IMG/VR virus record: IMGVR_UViG_3300044691_000371
Coordinates: 1 to 64,000 of that record
DNA from: a virus
Length of the DNA: 64,000 nucleotides
Reading direction: 5' to 3' (one strand)
Below, in pieces: positions 57,964 through 64,000 of this stretch; within the stretch, counting starts at the first letter, position 1, and each line of letters starts with the position of its first letter. Both the position numbers and the translations under genes were made by a program. The notes under the pieces were generated by a model. That model saw only the letters and a program-made list of their open reading frames with translations. It made no database searches and was not told where the DNA came from.

Positions 57964-58911
57964 TTAAAATAAATCTGTTTCTAAAACTTTAAATCCTTTT
58001 TCATGCTCAAATGCATAATAGTCAAATGGTGCATCAACTTCGTAATATCTGTTTTTTTTCCAATCAAAAAATAGTGTACACATACCTTTATTTGCAACTC
58101 CTTTTGGCTTTGCCTTATCTATAAAAATTTGTACTTCATGTGATTGATATTGTGAACCGCTTTCGCCTACTAAATTAGCCGGTGGTCTCCAAAGTGTTAT
58201 CCATGTCATTGCCTTTCTAAATAAAGCCTGCCCACCTGCTGCCTGACGTGGTAATGGTTTTGGGTAATAAGTAATATTATCTTTTGTAACAGGTATTGAA
58301 CTTGCTGGATGTATTGATAAGAAAAAATGTTTATTTTCTTTTTTACAGCTACGGCGCAAATAACTCATTAAGTTTTCAATATATAAATCCTGGCGTGAAC
58401 CGAATTTTGACATATCGTGTTCTAATTCATTATATGGCTCACCTACAATAATATTAATTTTCTTTTTATTTTCTTTTTCCCATTTTTTAGAATAGTCAAA
58501 AAGATTTTCTATTGAATACGCTCTATCATCTGTATCAACAAAAACAAAGTATTCAGTAAGCCATGCAATCACATCGTAAAATTCTTTATCGGCTAAGGCA
58601 AAGTTTGAATTTTTTAACATTTGTTTCCCGCTGTATTTATGCACTAATTCAGAAACTACCTCTTCAGCCGATCCTGTTTCAGGTGAACAAATTAAACTTC
58701 TTTGTCCATATTTTTTTGCCTGATTCAAAACCATTTCAAAAATAAATTCTGATTTTCCATGGGTTGGCTCTGAATAAACAATTGTGAATGTGCCTAACTT
58801 GATTGAATATAAGCTATCAAGGTTTTTAAAGCCTGTATTTTGGCCCCTTATTATCCCTTCATTTCGCAATTTTTCAATTGCTGGCATCATATCAAGTATA
58901 GTTTTTATCAT
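57964..58911 (-). CDS. SF4/DnaB-like replicative helicase domain
   Basis: TGFKNLDSL, Walker A variant SEPTHGKS, SPE, EPYNEL, IHP, KAKPKG. Confidence 0.8.
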   Translation of the reverse strand: MIKTILDMMPAIEKLRNEGIIRGQNTGFKNLDSLYSIKLGTFTIVYSEPTHGKSEFIFEMVLNQAKKYGQRSLICSPETGSAEEVVSELVHKYSGKQMLKNSNFALADKEFYDVIAWLTEYFVFVDTDDRAYSIENLFDYSKKWEKENKKKINIIVGEPYNELEHDMSKFGSRQDLYIENLMSYLRRSCKKENKHFFLSIHPASSIPVTKDNITYYPKPLPRQAAGGQALFRKAMTWITLWRPPANLVGESGSQYQSHEVQIFIDKAKPKGVANKGMCTLFFDWKKNRYYEVDAPFDYYAFEHEKGFKVLETDLF

Positions 58912-59612
58912 TAGTTACTAACGTTTGAAAAATCCAACTTATAATTATTTTGCTGCTTAAAATCTGTTTTCTTATCCCCTTTATTCCAATTAGATAATCT
59001 TAATGATAAATCCCATGTTTTTTCAAATTCAAATCTCATTTTAGTTTTTGATTGATTAGGCTCAGTCCAATATTTGAAAAAATCATTGAGTAAATCTTTA
59101 TTATATTTTGAAAGAAAAGGAGAAAGGGCATTTTTAAATGCCTCTCTACGATCTTTAATATCTATTTTATTTACTTTATTATTCTTTATAGTATTGCGTT
59201 CGCTTTCTTTTGGTAATGCGAACGCATTTTTATCGTGTGCGTTCGCATTTTTATTTTGTTCATTCGCATGTTTTTCCCATCTAAATATAGCCGATTCTTT
59301 AGCCTTTATTGATTTTGCATTACGTTTATTTAATCTATCATTTATACTATCAGACCAGAAATATTTCCCATCATTTTTAAATAAATCAAAATCATTTATC
59401 AATGATAAAATACAACCTTCTGTTGTTCGTAATGCAAATGCATAATTATCACATTCTGAAAGTAAAAGCTTGCCACCCTGTTCATAAATTATTTCTATTA
59501 AATCCCAAAAAACACTTTTACCTTCATGCCCTAATTTCATTAGGACTTTTTGCAATTTAGGATCATTCCTTGCACCAAAATCATGGCTGAAATAAAAAGA
59601 TTCTTTAGCCAT
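58911..59612 (-). CDS. Replication initiator (DUF4373/Lin1244-like)
   Basis: YFSHD..ARND.K+..+....G.EG...FW.L+E; C-terminal F..YWTE...KM+FE..KTW....RL..W. Confidence 0.8.
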   Translation of the reverse strand: MAKESFYFSHDFGARNDPKLQKVLMKLGHEGKSVFWDLIEIIYEQGGKLLLSECDNYAFALRTTEGCILSLINDFDLFKNDGKYFWSDSINDRLNKRNAKSIKAKESAIFRWEKHANEQNKNANAHDKNAFALPKESERNTIKNNKVNKIDIKDRREAFKNALSPFLSKYNKDLLNDFFKYWTEPNQSKTKMRFEFEKTWDLSLRLSNWNKGDKKTDFKQQNNYKLDFSNVSN

Positions 59613-60277
59613 TATGCAGATATGGGGAATAATGTAAAAGGCTTTTCTAATAATTGATGTTCATTATTAATAAGCAATTCAAATTCTTTTATTATAAGTT
59701 CACTTTTTTTAAACCATTCTCCATTAATCCTTAATGAATTAAATTTAACATGTAAATCCTTTTCTAAAGTACCGAAAGGGTCTTTTATTTTATAAATGAT
59801 TTTACATTTATATGGATTGTGAGTTTGAATACTTTTAAGCCTCGATGATGGATTATTACTAAATCCTATTTTATAAATATCACCGGCTTCTATCAGATAA
59901 ATATAAGTTTGTTTTAATATTTTATTTTTTGTTTTTTTATTTGTTTTATCTGTAAATAATTTAAAATCTTCAATATTTTCTAATCTATAAAATGATTTTG
60001 TTAATGTTTTATCTTTAAAACATTTATTAGTTTTTACTATTATTTTAGGTAATCTGAAAAAATCTGAATCATTATTATTTTCTATTAAAATTTCAGTTAT
60101 TAAATAAGGATAATGCTTTTTTTCAGATAAAATATTATCTCCATCTTTGTATTTAAAGATATAATCTCCTACCTTAAAACCGAGTTTAATTAAATGATTT
60201 TGATATAATAATATCAAATCTTCGTATAGGCAATTTATTTTATCTATACAAATTGAATCAATTTCTTTGATTGTCAT
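59612..60277 (-). CDS. Protein with C-terminal T5orf172/MUG113 GIY-YIG-like domain
   Basis: YIYLI....YKIGFS.NP..RL..IQT.NP; E..LH..F...R+.GEWF. Confidence 0.75.
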   Translation of the reverse strand: MTIKEIDSICIDKINCLYEDLILLYQNHLIKLGFKVGDYIFKYKDGDNILSEKKHYPYLITEILIENNNDSDFFRLPKIIVKTNKCFKDKTLTKSFYRLENIEDFKLFTDKTNKKTKNKILKQTYIYLIEAGDIYKIGFSNNPSSRLKSIQTHNPYKCKIIYKIKDPFGTLEKDLHVKFNSLRINGEWFKKSELIIKEFELLINNEHQLLEKPFTLFPISA

Positions 60278-60328
60278 AGTGTGATTAATTTGGTCAATGT
60301 AACAATATATAAAGCCGACAAAACCGGG

Positions 60329-60499
60329 TTAGTCTAATAAAATTAAAACGCCGCCCATTATTTCAACTGTATTTACTTTTTTTGATTTAACAAGATCGTT
60401 TACACGTTGTCGAATTAAATTATTTCTACGGGCATATTCAGCCTGAGTAATAAGTTTTGTTCTATCGACTTTTAAAGGAGGTAATTGTGAATTTTCCAT
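60329..60499 (-). CDS. Small HTH-like DNA-binding protein (56 aa, below the ORF-track cutoff)
   Basis: Manual translation MENSQLPPLKVDRTKLITQAEYARRNNLIRQRVNDLVKSKKVNTVEIMGGVLILLD. Confidence 0.55.
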   Translation of the reverse strand: MENSQLPPLKVDRTKLITQAEYARRNNLIRQRVNDLVKSKKVNTVEIMGGVLILLD

Positions 60500-60650
60500 T
60501 GCTTCAAATATATGTTACATTGTCCGAATAAACAATATTTTATTTCATAAAATTTCGATTATTCTTTTTAATTCTTTTCACAACTGGTTTCGAGCAGTCA
60601 ATTTTTATTATTTGGAATGTTGTTTGGTTGCAGTAACTCATTTTTTTTGT

Positions 60651-61295
60651 TTAATCTAAATGAAGTGTTTTAATGAACTGATTTAATATTCTATTTCCGC
60701 TTTCATCTAAATGCGGATGCAATGCTCTACTTAATTCAAATATTCTGTTTTGTAAATTTGTAGTTTTGAAATAGTATTTACTAAGCAATGTTGAGGTTTT
60801 ATCGTTTTTTAATTTATGTAAAAAAGGTGCTTTTTTTGTTTCAATTACTTCGTTCCCATCAATATAAAGTAAACCGGCGTAAAATGGCATTTCATCTATT
60901 TTTAATAGATCTTTGGGGCAAGCGTAGTAAAATTTATTGGGTAAACATTTGCAAATATTCTTAAAATAAATAGACGAACTATCCCCTAATCCAAAATTAT
61001 ATGTTTCAGGATTGTAAATCCCACCATTGCGAATATAGGGCCTAAATGGATATTTTTCTAAAATGTATTCTTTTTTGTGATTTGTAAATAAATGATGTTT
61101 ATCTGTTTTTTTAAAATCAGCTAAAAAATCAGAACGACTTATTTTAACCTCAACTTCTACAGCATAATTACTCGTGGAAACGGCAAAAAAATCACATTCC
61201 CAATTATACATGTAAGCATTAAATAACTTATAGTCGTAATTATGAAAGTGCCGCCTTACTGCCTTTAATATGTCAATACTTTTAATTTCTGACAT
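60651..61295 (-). CDS. PD-(D/E)xK nuclease, MmcB-like
   Basis: ECD....EVEVKISRSDFLADFKK; PNKFYYACP; YAGL. Confidence 0.7.
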   Translation of the reverse strand: MSEIKSIDILKAVRRHFHNYDYKLFNAYMYNWECDFFAVSTSNYAVEVEVKISRSDFLADFKKTDKHHLFTNHKKEYILEKYPFRPYIRNGGIYNPETYNFGLGDSSSIYFKNICKCLPNKFYYACPKDLLKIDEMPFYAGLLYIDGNEVIETKKAPFLHKLKNDKTSTLLSKYYFKTTNLQNRIFELSRALHPHLDESGNRILNQFIKTLHLD

Positions 61296-62220
61296 ATTAT
61301 TGAGTTACTTTTTGCTTGCTGTAAAGTTTAGTTAATAGTTCGTCTGCCCATTGAAGTGCTAAATCAGTTCCTTCGCTGCTGTTGTGTAGATTACCTGTAG
61401 GTGCGTTCTGAATTAATCCTTGCATTGCTAACCCGGCTAAATAAAGCCTGTCTTTGTGCCTTTGATCTTCTTTTTCAAAAAGGTTTGTTTCTTTCAAAGG
61501 CATTTTAAACCCATTAGGCGAACGATCTTGTTTGACAGCCTTCAGGTATTCAAGTATTTCGTTCTGCTGTTCTAAAGCCTTAGTGAAGCCATCTAAAGGT
61601 AAGTTTGGTTGCACTGTCTTTTTGCTTCGCTCTAAGATGTAATTCAACACTGTCAATATTAAGTTTTTATCGACCTGGAATGAAAGCCAATGCCACTTTT
61701 TATCTGTTTCAAGGTCAATTATTTTTAGATCGATTAATGCTTTTTTGATATACTTATTGATCTGAAATTCTTTTATCAGTTCATCGATTGTTAGTTCGCA
61801 TCCGTCCGAATTTGTAATAAGTGACTTTAAAAAGTCCTCGTATTTGTCAAGTACTTTCAGCAAAGGTTTTTTCTCGCGTGTCATGTGTGTGATTATTTTA
61901 AATTATTTTATTCGCTTTAATGGCCTTATAGTTTCCTTTATTTGACCTGCTTTTTTCAATATCAAATAATCACTGCAAACTATCATTCCATTTATCTTGT
62001 AGATATTATTTGATCTGCAAATTAGGCAAACTTCTTTTAGTTGAGTAAATAAATGATTGGTCATCGATTCCATTATTCAGCCTCTCTTTTACAATAATGA
62101 CATATTTGATATTCAAAATCTATTTCATCGTATTCTCTACCACAATGAGGGCAAAATTGGTATCCTTCTTCGTCAAAGTCATCAAAGGATGGGTCTTCTG
62201 GTTGATTATTTTTCATAATT

Positions 62221-62697
62221 TTAAAATGCTAATGCTCGTGGTTTAATAAAAGGCTTTATCTGCCATAGGAACGATTCCTTATCCTTAAATGCAAATGATA
62301 TACCGCCTGCTGCTTTAATGTCCTTAATGCGTTTTATTTGTTCATCTGATAGTTCATCTTTCCCGCTTTTTACCTCAAGTTCGGTATGAATCCCGTCATT
62401 TCTAAAACCACTTATATCAAGAATAGTATTTTTTATATTATTCTTTTTATAATTGATATTAACTTCTTCATATTTTATAACTAATGGCTTTCCGGTCGCG
62501 TCAAATGCATTAATTACTATTGGCTTTCGTGTAATCCTTTGAGATGGAAAATTGTTGCTCCTATGGCATATAAATCCGTTTGCATTTAAATAATCAATGC
62601 ATTCAGAAGTCAAATCGGCTGTAACTTTTTTGCTCTTTCTAAGCTTTTCGTTTCGGCTTAATTGCTTTGGTGTTTTAAATAGAGTTGACTGTTCCAT
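62221..62697 (-). CDS. VRR-NUC-like nuclease / resolvase
   Basis: DI.G......ELEVKSGKDELSDEQ........AGG. Confidence 0.75.
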   Translation of the reverse strand: MEQSTLFKTPKQLSRNEKLRKSKKVTADLTSECIDYLNANGFICHRSNNFPSQRITRKPIVINAFDATGKPLVIKYEEVNINYKKNNIKNTILDISGFRNDGIHTELEVKSGKDELSDEQIKRIKDIKAAGGISFAFKDKESFLWQIKPFIKPRALAF

Positions 62698-64000
62698 TCA
62701 TTTTAATTGCTTTAAAAGTTCTTCTATTCCTCTACCTGCTTTAATAGATTTCCCATTGAAATATCCTGTAAACGGATAGATAGTATTTTTTTTGCCTTTG
62801 AAATTGAAAACTATCTTTTTATCAGTCGTTTCTAAAATATCAACGTCCGTCAAGGTTGTTAATCGTTCATGGGCATAAGCCATTCTTTTTGGCTCTAATT
62901 CTTTCTGCCTTTCAATATTTAATCGCATGTTAATTTACTTTTAAAAATCTATTTGTCATGTTATCAATAGTCGCAAAAAGCTTGATTTCTTCTGATTGTA
63001 AATATTCGTTATAATCAGCTTCTAAATCATTTTGATAATCTCTTTGCATTTGTTCATAATGCTTTTTTTCTTCTTCTCTATGGAAATTATCAATAGCATC
63101 GTAAACATTCATTTGATAGGTTATTTCAGCACATTCAATAGGATTGAAACAATCGCGTCCTATTATTCCTCCGCATGATGGGCATGTTCTCATTATCCGT
63201 AAATCTCCTTTATACGTTTTATGATTACTTCTAAATGATGCTTACTTCCTGGTCCTCGTCCGTTTTTAGCCATATCATTAAAGCATTTGTATTCTAAAAA
63301 CATTGATTGTAATTCTGCAAGATCAGGCGGTATAACTTTTTCACGTTCTTTCTGAATAGCCCCTTCAACATACCTGTTTGTTATCATTAAGAAGTTATCG
63401 CAAAGCTTTTCATTAAGAACGTCTTTTAATCCTTCGCAAGCGCCTGAAAACTTTTCGTAATCTGAAAGTTCTTCATAGTCTTTAGTTTTTTTCATTTGAA
63501 AAGGTCATTAAAAATATTAAATCCGTTACCTCTAAAATATTTACAAACTGAACTTAATAGCCTGTCTTTAGGTTCTCCATTTCCACATTTCCAACGGCTA
63601 TATTCGTCGTAAGTGTCCATTATGATTGTGCCTTTAAACCTTACATCAAAAAGAACTGAATACATATAGTCTTTCCCAAAATAGATAGGAAACGTTTTAA
63701 AGGTCATTTTTGCGTACGTTTCGCTATCGATCAAAATATTTTCATCGCTTTCCATGTCCCGGTAGATTTCCAGTACAAACAAATTTGCTTCCGTATCTTT
63801 TTCGCCGATCATTTGAATAAGCCAATTTTTAGCTAATTCATTGTCTTCTAAACTTTCGGAATAGTAAAGTTCTTTTATCTTTTTGAAACTATTAGCTTTC
63901 GCTTGGTCGGTTGTCTTTTCGGCTAATTCCATAAAGTTTAACTGTTAAATAAGTGCATAAAATCAGGATGCGGTATTGGCCTGTGTTTCGGGTAAACAAT

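Noticed and set aside
1-64000. Stop-codon reassignment or diversity-generating retroelement
   Set aside because: Core genes are intact in code 11 with TAA, TAG and TGA all used as stops. No reverse transcriptase or TR/VR pair seen in this window.

Overview
A 64 kb, AT-rich segment of a tailed-phage genome, almost entirely on the minus strand. The head-neck proteins are Mu-like and the tail is contractile. The host is inferred to be Bacteroidota, from TTTG-N19-21-TAnnTTTG promoters, A-rich initiation regions without Shine-Dalgarno sequences, and signal peptides cleaved before Gln. Reading right to left: replication genes (57.9-62.7 kb), a DNA-modification module (50.9-55.1 kb), ParB-like and TerS genes, a glycosyl/acyl/methyl-transferase cluster (34.9-44.3 kb), a Ro60/TROVE gene with an upstream RNA array, intein-containing TerL, portal, MuF, a protease-scaffold-capsid polyprotein, then sheath, tube, chaperone, tape measure, baseplate and fibre-like genes. 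Promoter-terminator cassettes and several homing endonucleases interrupt the structural operons. No integrase, lysis gene, canonical tRNA or CRISPR array was recognised. The main signals are: (1) four tandem paralogous stem-loop RNAs upstream of Ro60, sharing a scaffold but carrying different apical modules, one a circularly permuted tRNA mimic; (2) three unrelated cassette genes whose 3' UTR hairpin loops are antisense to their own start-codon regions; (3) an intein with an HNH endonuclease encoded in a different, fully nested frame; (4) a probable -1 frameshift fusing portal to MuF; (5) a D-stem-less tRNA-like RNA with alanine identity elements. All family assignments are by eye from motifs; no searches were run.
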